Source: Lachnospiraceae bacterium
GTDB taxonomy: Bacteria > Bacillota > Clostridia > Lachnospirales > Lachnospiraceae
Direction: 5' to 3'
Length of the DNA: 62,801 nt
NCBI GenBank assembly: GCA_045616945.1
Contig: JAZLHR010000127.1
Coordinates: forward strand, 1 to 62,801
Below the pieces are notes generated by a model, which worked only from the letters and a program-made list of their open reading frames with translations, had not been told where the DNA came from and made no database searches. Position numbers and translations under genes: made by a program. Below, in pieces: positions 1 to 9,688 of the stretch. Position 1 is the stretch's first letter; each line of letters opens with the position of its first letter.

Positions 1-435
1 ATGGGTTGGGGCCACATTTCCAGTCCCAAGAAGCTGTTTGAGACCGGCCAGCAGGTCGAATGCTTCATCAAGTCCATCAAGGGCACCAAGATCGGTCTTT
101 CCCGCAGATTCCCCGATGAGAATCCCTGGCTCGGTGCCGAACAAAAATATGCCATCGGCAATATCGTGACCGGTAAGGTCGTCCGCTTTGCCGATTTCGG
201 TGCTTTCGTTGAGCTGGCGCCCGGTGTCGACGGTCTGCTTCATGTTTCCCAGATCGCCAAGACTCGCGTTACCAAGCCCTCCGATGTACTGACCATCGGT
301 CAGGAAATCGAAGCCAAGGTCACTGAGTTCAATTATGACGAACACAAGATCAGCCTTTCCATCAAGGCTCTTGAGATGGATCGTGAGACCACCGAGGAAA
401 CTCTGACGGCTCCTATTTCCATCCCGATGCAGTAA
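1..435 (+). CDS. S1 RNA-binding domain protein, C-terminal fragment; the ORF enters from upstream of the window (ribosomal protein S1 or an S1-fusion protein)
   Basis: Frame is open from base 1 to TAA at 433-435. S1/OB signature GNIVTGKVVRFADFGAFVELAPGVDGLLHVSQI. Sits directly upstream of pyrH. Confidence 0.7.
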   Translation: MGWGHISSPKKLFETGQQVECFIKSIKGTKIGLSRRFPDENPWLGAEQKYAIGNIVTGKVVRFADFGAFVELAPGVDGLLHVSQIAKTRVTKPSDVLTIGQEIEAKVTEFNYDEHKISLSIKALEMDRETTEETLTAPISIPMQ

Positions 436-529
436 GGCAGTTTCGTTTGCCAAAGGATCTGCAGCTGCGTATGTGGCTGCGGGTCCTTTTGCTTTATGTT
501 TGAAATCATTCGCTACAAGAGGTCTCCGT

Positions 530-1231
530 ATGGAAAAAAGAAGGGTATTGCTGAAGCTCAGCGGTGAAGCATTGGCCGGTGAGAAGCATTTCGGCTTTGA
601 TGAGCAGATAACGAGGGGCGTGGCACAGCAGGTGAAGGAAGCTGTGGACGCAGGTGTTCAGGTGGCAGTTGTGATCGGCGGCGGCAATTTCTGGCGCGGC
701 CGTTCGAGCGGTTCCATGGACCGTGTCCGTGCCGATCAGATCGGTATGCTGGCTACGGTAATGAATGCCATTTATGTTTCTGATATATTCAGGACGGAAG
801 GAATGCGCACGCAGATATATACGCCTTTCCTGTGCGGCAGCATGACTCGCCTTTTCAGCAAATTCGATGCGATGGAAGATCTGGAAGCCGGTAAGGTTGT
901 TTTTTTTGCCGGCGGGACAGGGCATCCATATTTTTCGACCGATACGGGCGTGGTCCTTCGTGCGGTTGAAATGGAGGCGGATGAGATCCTGCTTGCCAAG
1001 GCCGTCGACGGTGTGTATGACAGTGATCCGGCCAGAAATCCGGATGCGAAGAAATTTGATGCCATTTCCATTGACGAAGTGGTACGCCTCGGGCTGAAGG
1101 TGGTAGATACGACCGCTTCGGCACTGGCGCAGGAAAACCGTATGCCCATGGCGGTATTCAGTCTGAATGAGGAAAAGAGTATCAGCCGTGCCATGATGGG
1201 AGATATGAGCGGTACGCGCATCACAGTATGA
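530..1231 (+). CDS. pyrH: UMP kinase
   Basis: MEKRRVLLKLSGEAL N-terminus, VVIGGGNFWRG and FFAGGTGHPYFSTDT motifs. I chose the internal ATG at 530 (in frame with the track ORF 473..1231) because the family N-terminus starts there. Confidence 0.9.
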   Translation: MEKRRVLLKLSGEALAGEKHFGFDEQITRGVAQQVKEAVDAGVQVAVVIGGGNFWRGRSSGSMDRVRADQIGMLATVMNAIYVSDIFRTEGMRTQIYTPFLCGSMTRLFSKFDAMEDLEAGKVVFFAGGTGHPYFSTDTGVVLRAVEMEADEILLAKAVDGVYDSDPARNPDAKKFDAISIDEVVRLGLKVVDTTASALAQENRMPMAVFSLNEEKSISRAMMGDMSGTRITV

Positions 1232-1255
1232 TCAATTAGAAAGGAACAGGACAAA

Positions 1256-1810
1256 ATGAGCGACACATTAAAAGTATTTGAAGACAAGATGGTCAAAACA
1301 CTTTCCAATTTGGATGAGGAGTTTTCTTCCATCCGTGCCGGCCGCGCCAATCCTGCGGTCCTGAATCACATTACGGTCGATTATTACGGCTCTGCGACGC
1401 CTTTGCAGCAGGTCGCTAATATTAGCGTCCCCGAGGCACGCATCATTTCCATTCAGCCCTGGGACCGCAGTCTGCTGAAAGCGATCGAAAAGGCCATCAA
1501 TACTTCCGAACTGGGCATCAATCCCAATAACGACGGTTCCGTGATCCGGCTTGTTTTCCCGGAACTGACGGAAGATCGCCGCAAAGAACTCAGCAAGGAT
1601 GTCAAGAAAAAAGGAGAAGCGGCCAAGGTCGCCGTCCGCAACATCCGCAGAGATGCCATCGAGTCCTTTAAGAAAGCCGAAAAGGCCGGAGAAATGACCG
1701 AGGATGACCGCAAGAAGGCTGAAGAGGATGCTCAGAAGCTGACGGATAAGTACATCGCCAATATCGACAAGGCAGTAGATGCCAAGACGAAGGAGATCAT
1801 GACTGTCTGA
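1256..1810 (+). CDS. frr: ribosome recycling factor
   Basis: 184 aa. [30 protein letters not shown] is typical of RRF. Conserved pyrH-frr order. Confidence 0.95.
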   Translation: MSDTLKVFEDKMVKTLSNLDEEFSSIRAGRANPAVLNHITVDYYGSATPLQQVANISVPEARIISIQPWDRSLLKAIEKAINTSELGINPNNDGSVIRLVFPELTEDRRKELSKDVKKKGEAAKVAVRNIRRDAIESFKKAEKAGEMTEDDRKKAEEDAQKLTDKYIANIDKAVDAKTKEIMTV

Positions 1811-1826
1811 TCGGTTTTTCAGAAGA

Positions 1827-1859
1827 AAGAAGGGCAGGCGCAGGCTTGCCCTTCTTTTA
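1827..1859 (+). terminator. Rho-independent terminator after frr
   Basis: AAGAAGGGCA (1827-1836) pairs with TGCCCTTCTT (1847-1856), followed by a T-rich tail. Confidence 0.7.
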
Positions 1860-1923
1860 TGTCTGTGATAAAGTATATCGGGGGTTTTCCCCGCAGGACA
1901 TATTTTAGACAAAGGATTGTATT

Positions 1924-2658
1924 ATGATGAACGAACCGACCGCGCAGGCTGTGCCCGCGCATGTTGCCATTATCATGGACGGAAACGGCCGATGGGCCAA
2001 AAAGCGCGGCCTGCCGAGGAAACTCGGGCATAAAGCGGGCTGTGAAACCCTGGAGCAGCTGGTAGAGGACTGCGCCAGGATCGGGATACGGTATTTTACG
2101 GTATATGCTTTCTCCACCGAGAACTGGAAGCGTTCCGAAGAGGAAGTGAACGCCCTGATGCAGCTGTTCCGCTACTATATTCCCCGCATCCGGAAAAAGG
2201 CAATGGCCAATGATATCCGCGTGATGACGATCGGTGACAGCAGTGCTTTTGCGCCGGATCTCATGCAGGGTCTGGATTCGCTGGCGGAAGATACCAAAGA
2301 TCATAAAAAAATGACCTTTATCATTGCCCTGAATTACGGCGGCCGTGACGAACTGGTTCGCGCATACCGGAAAATGCTTTCGGCGGTGCAGGCCGGCGAG
2401 CTTTCCCCGGAGGAGATCGGCGAGGATACCGTCAGCCGGTATTTGGATACGGCAGGCATCCCCGACCCGGATCTGCTGATCCGTACCAGCGGTGAACAGC
2501 GCCTTTCCAATTTCCTTCCCTGGCAGTCGGCTTATTCCGAACTGTATTTTACGGATGTCCTGTGGCCGGATTTCCATAAGGAGCAGCTGCTGGAGGCCAT
2601 TGACAGCTACCGGCACCGGGATCGCCGCTTCGGCGGACGCAGGGAGGAAGAAGCATGA
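1924..2658 (+). CDS. uppS: undecaprenyl (isoprenyl) diphosphate synthase
   Basis: HVAIIMDGNGRWA and RTSGEQRLSNFLPWQSAYSELYF motifs of cis-prenyltransferases. Confidence 0.95.
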   Translation: MMNEPTAQAVPAHVAIIMDGNGRWAKKRGLPRKLGHKAGCETLEQLVEDCARIGIRYFTVYAFSTENWKRSEEEVNALMQLFRYYIPRIRKKAMANDIRVMTIGDSSAFAPDLMQGLDSLAEDTKDHKKMTFIIALNYGGRDELVRAYRKMLSAVQAGELSPEEIGEDTVSRYLDTAGIPDPDLLIRTSGEQRLSNFLPWQSAYSELYFTDVLWPDFHKEQLLEAIDSYRHRDRRFGGRREEEA

Positions 2659-3449
2659 GTGACTTCTGGGTTCGCCTGCGCAGCAGCCTTGTATTGGTTT
2701 TGATCGCGTTTTTGGCACTGCATTACGGCGGCGCGGTATTGGCAGCCGCTCTGTGCTTTACGGCTCTGATCGGTTTGACGGAATTCCAGAAGGTATGCGG
2801 GATATGGGGATCCGCGCCCGGTTATATTTCGCTGGGCGGTGCTGTCCTTTGCCTGGCGGCGGGGATGCTGCGTCCGGATCTTTTGCTTCCTGCGCTGTGG
2901 CTGCTCCTGATGGCCCTGTTCTTTTTATTGGTATTCGGGTATCCGCGCTTTACGGCAGAACAGTGTGCGGCGGCCTTTTTCGGGGTCGTATATATTCCCG
3001 TGCTGCTCAGCTTTATTTATCGGATCCGGCTGATGGATAACGGAAAAGTGCTTGTCTGGCTGGTATTTCTGACTTCCTGGGGGTCGGATGTCATGGCTTA
3101 TTGCTGCGGCCGGCTTTTCGGGAAGCATAAGCTCTGCCCGACGCTGAGTCCGAAAAAATCCGTGGAGGGCGCCGTGGGAGCCGTGATCGGAACGGCGCTT
3201 CTGGGACTTCTGTACGCATTCCTGTTCGATATGCGGGAATATGCCTGGGGGATCGTGCTTTCCGGTGCGGTCGGAAGCGTGCTCTCTCAGCTCGGAGACC
3301 TGACGGCTTCCGCCATCAAGCGGCAGAAGGGAATCAAGGATTACGGGGATCTGATCCCCGGACACGGCGGTATCATGGATCGCTTTGACAGTGTGATCTT
3401 TACATCACCGGCTGTCTATTTTGTACTTTGTATTGCGGGGATCGGCTGA
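2655..3449 (+). CDS. cdsA: phosphatidate cytidylyltransferase
   Basis: Polytopic membrane protein with the CDS signature SAIKRQKGIKDYGDLIPGHGGIMDRFDS. ATGA overlap with the uppS stop. Confidence 0.9.
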   Translation: MSDFWVRLRSSLVLVLIAFLALHYGGAVLAAALCFTALIGLTEFQKVCGIWGSAPGYISLGGAVLCLAAGMLRPDLLLPALWLLLMALFFLLVFGYPRFTAEQCAAAFFGVVYIPVLLSFIYRIRLMDNGKVLVWLVFLTSWGSDVMAYCCGRLFGKHKLCPTLSPKKSVEGAVGAVIGTALLGLLYAFLFDMREYAWGIVLSGAVGSVLSQLGDLTASAIKRQKGIKDYGDLIPGHGGIMDRFDSVIFTSPAVYFVLCIAGIG

Positions 3450-3478
3450 TAAAGACCCTCCCGCAGGGGGATTTTTTT

Positions 3479-4765
3479 ATGGCTATTACGATTATAATCG
3501 GTATTGTTGTATTCAGCCTGCTGGTTATCGGGCATGAATTGGGACACTTTCTTCTGGCGAAGGCTCTGGGCGTGAGCGTTACGGAGTTCTCTCTGGGACT
3601 CGGTCCGTCGATCGTCTCATGGGGAAAGGGAGAGACCCGTTACTGCATCAAATGCATTCCCTTCGGCGGAGCCTGTCAGATGGTGGGCGAGGATGAGGAT
3701 AGTCTGGAACCGAACTCCTTCAATTCCAAGCCGGCCTGGGCCAGATTTCTGATCGTGGCGGCAGGGCCGGTGTTCAATCTGGTTTTCGGTGTGCTTTGCG
3801 CCGTGGTGCTTGTCGCATCCGTCGGCATCAACCGTCCCGTTTGCTACCGGGCGACCGGACATGCCGCGGAGATCGGTCTTCAGGACGGCGACACCATTCT
3901 TTCGCTGGGCGGCAAAAAGATCCGCATCGGGCGTGATTTTGCGCTGCTGGAGACACAGGGATTTATTCAGGGAGAATTGGAACTGGTATGGGAGCATGAC
4001 GGCGAAGTGAAGCGTGCCATGCTGGATACGCATTATACCGTCTATGAAATCGGCATTTCCTATAACAGGGGAGATGCTTCCCTGTCAGGCATCGTCAGCG
4101 GATCTCCGGCGGAAAAGGCCGGTCTGCTTGCGGGTGACCGGGTCATCGGGATCAACGGGACGCCTGTCGCGGACGGCGATGCCATGGGGGCATATCTGCA
4201 GGAAAATCCTCTGGACGGCAAGCCTCTGGAACTGACGGTGCTGCGCGGCGGCGAAAGCCGGCAGATCACGGTCGTTCCGGTCCCCTATGAGCGAAATTCT
4301 CTGGGCTTCAACAGTTTTTATTACTTTTTTTCCAGTAAAAACCTCGGAGAGATCCTGAAATATTCCCTGATCGAAACCGGCTATTGGTGCCGTGCGACGT
4401 TCAGCAGCCTGAAAATGCTGGTGCGCGGACAGGTCGGGTTCCGGGATATGTCCGGTGTGGTGGGGATCGTTGCGATCCTCGGCGACGCGGTGGATTCCGG
4501 TATGAAGGCAGGCGGTGTATCCGTTGCCTTTGATAATGTGATGGAACTGGTCGTGCTCCTGAATGTGAACCTCGGGATCATGAATCTGCTGCCGATCCCC
4601 GCACTGGACGGCGGCCGCCTGGTATTTATCATTTTGGAAATGATCCGCAGGAAGCCGATCCCCCGCGAAAAAGAGGGGATGATCCACCTGATCGGTCTGG
4701 CTGTATTGATGGTGCTAATGGCTGCATTTCTTTTCAGCGATGTGCTGAAATTGTTCGGAAGGTAA
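3479..4765 (+). CDS. rseP: RIP (site-2) zinc metalloprotease, M50 family
   Basis: HELGH in the first TM helix, a central PDZ-like segment, and NLLPIPALDGG near the C-terminus. Start moved to the ATG at 3479 (MAITIIIG). Confidence 0.85.
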   Translation: MAITIIIGIVVFSLLVIGHELGHFLLAKALGVSVTEFSLGLGPSIVSWGKGETRYCIKCIPFGGACQMVGEDEDSLEPNSFNSKPAWARFLIVAAGPVFNLVFGVLCAVVLVASVGINRPVCYRATGHAAEIGLQDGDTILSLGGKKIRIGRDFALLETQGFIQGELELVWEHDGEVKRAMLDTHYTVYEIGISYNRGDASLSGIVSGSPAEKAGLLAGDRVIGINGTPVADGDAMGAYLQENPLDGKPLELTVLRGGESRQITVVPVPYERNSLGFNSFYYFFSSKNLGEILKYSLIETGYWCRATFSSLKMLVRGQVGFRDMSGVVGIVAILGDAVDSGMKAGGVSVAFDNVMELVVLLNVNLGIMNLLPIPALDGGRLVFIILEMIRRKPIPREKEGMIHLIGLAVLMVLMAAFLFSDVLKLFGR

Positions 4766-4769
4766 GATC

Positions 4770-5837
4770 ATGGAACTTTTTTCCCGCAGAAAAACAAAGG
4801 AAGTTGCCGTTGGAAATGTGATCGTCGGCGGCTCACATCCGGTCAGCATCCAGTCGATGACGAATACGCGGACAGAGGATGTCTGCGCGACCGTCGGGCA
4901 GATCCGTGCCTTGGAAGCCGCCGGGTGTGAGATCATCCGCTGCACCGTCCCTACGCCGGAAGCAGCTGCCGCGATCCGCGAGATCAAGAAGGAGATCCGT
5001 ATCCCTTTGGTCGCGGACATTCACTTTGATTATAAAATGGCGATCGCTGCCATGGAGAACGGTGCGGACAAGATCCGCATCAACCCGGGCAACCTGGGCG
5101 GCGCGGAAAAGCTGCGTGCGGTGGCTGCCTGCGCGAAGGAAAGAAATATCCCGATCCGCGTCGGCGTGAACGGCGGGTCCCTGGAGCAGGTCTATCTGCA
5201 GAAATACGGCGGTGTTACGCCGGAAGGACTGGCGGAAAGCGCGCTCGGTCAGGTGAGACTGCTGGAGGATGCCGGCTGGGATAAGATCGTCATCAGCATC
5301 AAATCCTCCGATGTCCCCCTTTCGCTCCGGGCACACCGGATCCTGGCGGAAAAGACCGACTATCCTTTCCATATCGGCATCACGGAGGCCGGGACGCTGC
5401 AGCGCGGGACCGTCAAATCCTGCGCCGGTATCGGTACGCTTCTGGCTATGGGGATCGGAGATACGGTCCGTGTTTCCCTGACGGACGATCCCGTACAGGA
5501 AGTCAAGGTCGCAAAATTGCTGCTGCAGGCTCTGGGACTGCGCCGGGAAGGCATCCAGGTGGTATCCTGTCCGACCTGCGGGCGCACCAGCATCAATCTG
5601 ATCCGCCTGGCCGGTGAGGTGGAACAAATGGCCGCCCGCTACGACAAGCCGCTGAAGGTGGCTGTGATGGGCTGTGCGGTAAACGGCCCCGGGGAGGCCA
5701 GGGAAGCCGACCTCGGTATCGCCGGCGGCAGAGGAGAAGGTCTGCTGTTTCGCCGGGGACAGATCCTCTGCAAACTGCCGGAGGATCAGCTGCTGTCCGC
5801 ATTGGAACGGGAAATTATCAATTGGCAGGATGAATGA
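4770..5837 (+). CDS. ispG: 4-hydroxy-3-methylbut-2-en-1-yl diphosphate synthase (GcpE)
   Basis: 355 aa. Fe-S ligand motifs VSCPTCGRT and GCAVNGPGE. Confidence 0.95.
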   Translation: MELFSRRKTKEVAVGNVIVGGSHPVSIQSMTNTRTEDVCATVGQIRALEAAGCEIIRCTVPTPEAAAAIREIKKEIRIPLVADIHFDYKMAIAAMENGADKIRINPGNLGGAEKLRAVAACAKERNIPIRVGVNGGSLEQVYLQKYGGVTPEGLAESALGQVRLLEDAGWDKIVISIKSSDVPLSLRAHRILAEKTDYPFHIGITEAGTLQRGTVKSCAGIGTLLAMGIGDTVRVSLTDDPVQEVKVAKLLLQALGLRREGIQVVSCPTCGRTSINLIRLAGEVEQMAARYDKPLKVAVMGCAVNGPGEAREADLGIAGGRGEGLLFRRGQILCKLPEDQLLSALEREIINWQDE

Positions 5838-8800
5838 TGGAAAAAACACTGCGTGAAGCGCTGCCTGATCTGAAGACCGGGAATTTGATCATGGAACATC
5901 TGGATGATATCCGGGTGCTTCGGATGACGATGCCCAGAGAACGGAATATGCTGAAAATCTATATTTCCAGCCCGGTCATACTGCCCAAAAGGGATGTTTA
6001 TGCGCTCGAAGCCGCTGTCAAGCATCAATATTTTTCTTCCAAGGAAGTAAAGGTCCGTGTTTATGAATATTTCCGTCTGTCCGGGATCGGACTGCGGGAA
6101 GCTTACGAGGCATACCGGGAAAGCATCGCGCTGGAACTGAAATTGTCTGATCTGATGGAATATAATGTATTCCGCAGCACGGAGCTGATTTTTGAAAACG
6201 ATTCGCTGATCCGCCTGCGTACGCCGCAGAATGTCGTCTTCAGGACCTATCTGCCGGCGCTGGCGAACTATCTGGAGTCCCTGTTCTGTGAAAGATTCGG
6301 ACTCCCTGTTTCCGTGCGCATAGAATATGCCGCAGAGAGCTTTCACGTGAAATCCGATACCGATGCGGCCGTTTCGGAAGCGGTATCCGTGATCGCCGCC
6401 GGGAGGGATGCAGCCGTACAAACCGAAAAAGAAAAACAGTCGGCTGCCGCGGCGGAAAAGGAAAAGAAAGATTATTACGCGAAAAAAGAACACTCGAAGA
6501 AGTTTGAAGAAGGCATGGGATACGGATATGAATTTTCCGGCGATCCTCTGCCGATCTGTGAGATCAACGAAGAGCTCGGCGATGTCATTATCGACGGTCA
6601 GGTCCTGAAATTGGAAGAACGGGAACTCAAGACAGGCAATCTGATGGAACTGCTGGCGGTAACGGATAAGACGGACACCATTATGGTCAAGCTGTTCTGC
6701 AAAAAAGAGGAACAGCCGTCTCTGCTCCCGTTCATCAAGGCAGGAACATATATCCGGCTGAAGGGATATGCCTCTTTTGATAAGTATGATAAGGAGGTCG
6801 CGATCTCCCATGTCACCGGGCTGCGGATATCGGCCCCTTCCGGGGAAAAACGTACGGATACTTCCCCTAAAAAACGTGTGGAACTGCATGCACATACCCA
6901 AATGAGCGAAATGGATGCGGTGACGCATACGGGCGCTTTGGTGAACCGTGCCGCGGCGTGGGGACATCCTGCCGTAGCGATCACCGATCACGGCGTGGTC
7001 CAGTCCTTCCCAGAGGCCATGCATGCGGCCGAGCGCTACGGTGAAAAGCTGAAGATCATTTACGGCTGCGAGGGATATCTGGTAGACGATACTACCGGCA
7101 AGACCGCCGAAGAACTCAAAAGCTCACGGGCGTATCATGTCATCCTCCTTGCCGCGACGGAAGAAGGACGCGTCAATCTGTACCGGATGGTATCCGAGGC
7201 GCACCTGATCTATTATCATAAGCGTCCCCGGATCCCCAAGAGCCTGCTGACGGAATGCCGGAAGGGCATCATTGTCGGTTCCGCCTGTGAAGCGGGTGAA
7301 CTGTATCGGGCATTGGTCCGCGGGGAAAGTGACGAAGAGATCGCCCGGCTCGTGAACTTCTATGACTACCTGGAAGTCCAGCCTATCATGAATAATGCCT
7401 TCATGCTGCGGGATGCGAAAAATCCCTGTACGGAAGAAGACCTGCGGAATTATGTCCGGAAGATCGTCGCGCTCGGGGAACAGTTCGGCAAGCCCGTTGT
7501 AGCTACCTGCGACGTACATTTCCTGGACCCGGAAGACGAGATCTACCGGCGCATCATTCAAAAGGGACAGGGCTATGCGGATGCCGATATGCAGCCTCCG
7601 CTGTATTTCCGTACAACAGAAGAAATGCTGGCGGAATTTGAATTCCTCGGCCGGGAAAAGGCAGAGGAGATCGTTATCACCAATTCGAATCTGATCGCCG
7701 ACCGCTGCGAAAGGATCTCGCCCGTCCGTCCGGATAAGTGCCCGCCTGTCATCGAAGGCTCCGAAGAAGAACTGCAGGCCATGTGCAGAAAAAGGGCACA
7801 TGAGCTGTACGGGCCGGAGCTGCCGTCTATCGTGCAGGAACGAATGGACCGCGAGCTGACATCCATTATCGGCAACGGATATGCCGTGATGTATATCATC
7901 GCGCAGCGTTTGGTGAAGAAATCCAACGACGACGGATATCTGGTAGGCTCCCGGGGCTCGGTCGGATCGTCGTTCGTCGCTTATCTTTCCGGGATCACGG
8001 AGGTGAATTCCCTGCCGCCGCATTACCGCTGCCCGCGCTGCTTCCATACGATCTTCGACAACGAAGAGACACGGGCCAATGCAGGCGGTGTCGGTGTCGA
8101 TATGGGCGATATGAAATGCCCTGTATGCGGTACGCCGATGCTCAAGGACGGTTTCGATATCCCCTTTGAGGTATTCCTCGGCTTCAAGGGCGACAAGGAG
8201 CCGGATATCGACCTCAACTTTTCGGGGGAATATCAGGCCAAAGCGCACAAATATACGGAGGTGCTTTTCGGAGAAGGCCATACCTTCAAGGCCGGCACCG
8301 TAGGCGGTATCGCCGACAAAACGGCTTACGGCTATGTGAAGAAATATTACGAGGAAAAGGGCATCCAGAAGCGCAGCTGCGAGATCGAACGGATCGCAGC
8401 CGGCTGTGTAGGCGTCCGCCGCACTACGGGGCAGCACCCGGGCGGCATCGTGGTAATGCCTCACGGCGAAAATATCTATACCTTCACCCCGATCCAGCAT
8501 CCGGCGAATGATATGAAGAGCGATATCATCACGACCCATTTTGAATATCACTCGATCGACCATAACCTGCTCAAGCTGGATATCCTGGGGCATGATGATC
8601 CGACCATGATCCGCCGTCTGGAAGATCTGATCGGCATGGATGCGAAAAAGATCCCTCTGGATGATCCGGACGTCATTTCTCTGTTCCACAGCACCGATGT
8701 CCTCGGGATCACGCCGGAACAGCTGAACGGCTGCCCGCTCGGAACTTTGGGCATCCCGGAATTCGGAACGGATTTCGCTATGGGCATCGTTATGGAAACG

Positions 8801-9658
8801 AAACCCAGAAATTTTGCGGACCTGATCCGCATTGCCGGTATTTCCCACGGGACCGATGTATGGCAGGGGAATATCGAAGTGCTGATCCGTGACGGGGTGA
8901 CCGATCTGGAGCACGCCATCTGCAACCGTGACGATATCATGCTTTCGCTGATCCACAAGGGCATGGATCCGGCAAAATCCTTCTCCATTATGGAAAGCGT
9001 CCGCAAGGGCAAGGTGGCCGGCAAAAAGGTAAAGGAATGGCCCGACTGGAAAGAGGATATGAAGCAGCACGATGTTCCGGACTGGTTTATCGGCTCCTGC
9101 GAAAAGATCCAATATATGTTCCCGAAGGCACATGCGGCGGCTTATGTTATGATGGCGTGGCGCGTGGCCTACTGCAAGGTGCATCATCCGCTGGAATACT
9201 ATACGGCTTATTTCAGCATTCGTGCGGACGGCTTCAGCTACCAGCTGATGTGTATGGGGCAGGATGCTTTTCGTCAGAATATCCGGGCGCTGCGTACCTG
9301 CAAATCGGAACTCAGTGATAAAGAAAAGCTGATCCTGCGGGATATGCGTCTGGTCGAGGAAATGTTCGCCCGCGGCATCGACTTTTTGCCCATCGATATC
9401 TACCGGGCCAAAGCGGACCGCTTCCAGATCATCGGCGGAAAGATCATGCCTTCCTTCGCCAGTATCGAAGGCATGGGTGATAAAGCCGCCCAGGATATCG
9501 AGACCGCGGCCCGTGACGGAAAATTCTTGTCCCGTGAAGATCTGATCCAGAGGGCGCATATCAGCTCTACTTTGGCGGATACGTTGGCCGAATTGGGGAT
9601 CCTGGGTCCGATCCCGAAGTCCAACCAGCTTTCTTTTGAAGATATCATGCTATTATAA
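5834..9658 (+). CDS. polC: DNA polymerase III alpha, PolC (Gram-positive) type; apparently without the internal DEDDh exonuclease domain
   Basis: PolC N-terminal and OB region, PHP (ELHAHTQMSEMDAV, ITDHGVV), GSRGSVGSSFVAYLSGITEVN, Zn module CPRC...CPVCG, RTTGQHPGGIVVMP, KLDILGHDDP, MFPKAHAAAYV. 1274 aa. ATGA overlap with ispG. Confidence 0.9.
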   Translation: MMEKTLREALPDLKTGNLIMEHLDDIRVLRMTMPRERNMLKIYISSPVILPKRDVYALEAAVKHQYFSSKEVKVRVYEYFRLSGIGLREAYEAYRESIALELKLSDLMEYNVFRSTELIFENDSLIRLRTPQNVVFRTYLPALANYLESLFCERFGLPVSVRIEYAAESFHVKSDTDAAVSEAVSVIAAGRDAAVQTEKEKQSAAAAEKEKKDYYAKKEHSKKFEEGMGYGYEFSGDPLPICEINEELGDVIIDGQVLKLEERELKTGNLMELLAVTDKTDTIMVKLFCKKEEQPSLLPFIKAGTYIRLKGYASFDKYDKEVAISHVTGLRISAPSGEKRTDTSPKKRVELHAHTQMSEMDAVTHTGALVNRAAAWGHPAVAITDHGVVQSFPEAMHAAERYGEKLKIIYGCEGYLVDDTTGKTAEELKSSRAYHVILLAATEEGRVNLYRMVSEAHLIYYHKRPRIPKSLLTECRKGIIVGSACEAGELYRALVRGESDEEIARLVNFYDYLEVQPIMNNAFMLRDAKNPCTEEDLRNYVRKIVALGEQFGKPVVATCDVHFLDPEDEIYRRIIQKGQGYADADMQPPLYFRTTEEMLAEFEFLGREKAEEIVITNSNLIADRCERISPVRPDKCPPVIEGSEEELQAMCRKRAHELYGPELPSIVQERMDRELTSIIGNGYAVMYIIAQRLVKKSNDDGYLVGSRGSVGSSFVAYLSGITEVNSLPPHYRCPRCFHTIFDNEETRANAGGVGVDMGDMKCPVCGTPMLKDGFDIPFEVFLGFKGDKEPDIDLNFSGEYQAKAHKYTEVLFGEGHTFKAGTVGGIADKTAYGYVKKYYEEKGIQKRSCEIERIAAGCVGVRRTTGQHPGGIVVMPHGENIYTFTPIQHPANDMKSDIITTHFEYHSIDHNLLKLDILGHDDPTMIRRLEDLIGMDAKKIPLDDPDVISLFHSTDVLGITPEQLNGCPLGTLGIPEFGTDFAMGIVMETKPRNFADLIRIAGISHGTDVWQGNIEVLIRDGVTDLEHAICNRDDIMLSLIHKGMDPAKSFSIMESVRKGKVAGKKVKEWPDWKEDMKQHDVPDWFIGSCEKIQYMFPKAHAAAYVMMAWRVAYCKVHHPLEYYTAYFSIRADGFSYQLMCMGQDAFRQNIRALRTCKSELSDKEKLILRDMRLVEEMFARGIDFLPIDIYRAKADRFQIIGGKIMPSFASIEGMGDKAAQDIETAARDGKFLSREDLIQRAHISSTLADTLAELGILGPIPKSNQLSFEDIMLL

Positions 9659-9688
9659 GTCCGGAATATTCCGTACCGTTCCGGCAGC

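Noticed and set aside
473-529. N-terminal extensions offered by the ORF track. These affect pyrH (473), rseP (3428), copZ (11902), the isomerase (22809), the C40-like gene (24967), marR (27039), minD (35202), the P-loop gene (37301), sepF (39239), lspA (39807), rsmE (48474), thiI (51280), mtaB (52913), the C69 gene (54251), upp (57946) and rny (59374).
   Set aside because: In each case an internal start codon is preceded by a purine-rich RBS at the proper spacing, the family N-terminus begins there, and the extension overlaps the upstream gene or terminator.
7124-9559. Very long antisense ORFs opposite real genes. Examples are the 811-aa ORF opposite polC, plus 5786..7024, 9653..11248, 14954..17158, 17171..18319, 18482..19306, 21481..22752, 22968..24194, 25108..26859, 28891..30246, 33995..35377, 36030..37316, 44221..45750, 46287..47342, 52877..53938, 55202..56524 and 59524..61005.
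   Set aside because: For each one I checked that its coordinates are codon-aligned with the sense gene; the offset to the sense start is a multiple of 3. In that frame an antisense stop needs a sense TTA, CTA or TCA codon, and these are rare in this GC-rich coding style. For example, the 811-aa ORF ends at the sense TCA at 7124-7126. Their translations are R/H/G/Q-rich low-complexity sequence with no motifs, and the sense strands carry unmistakable conserved proteins. They are shadow ORFs, not overlapping genes.
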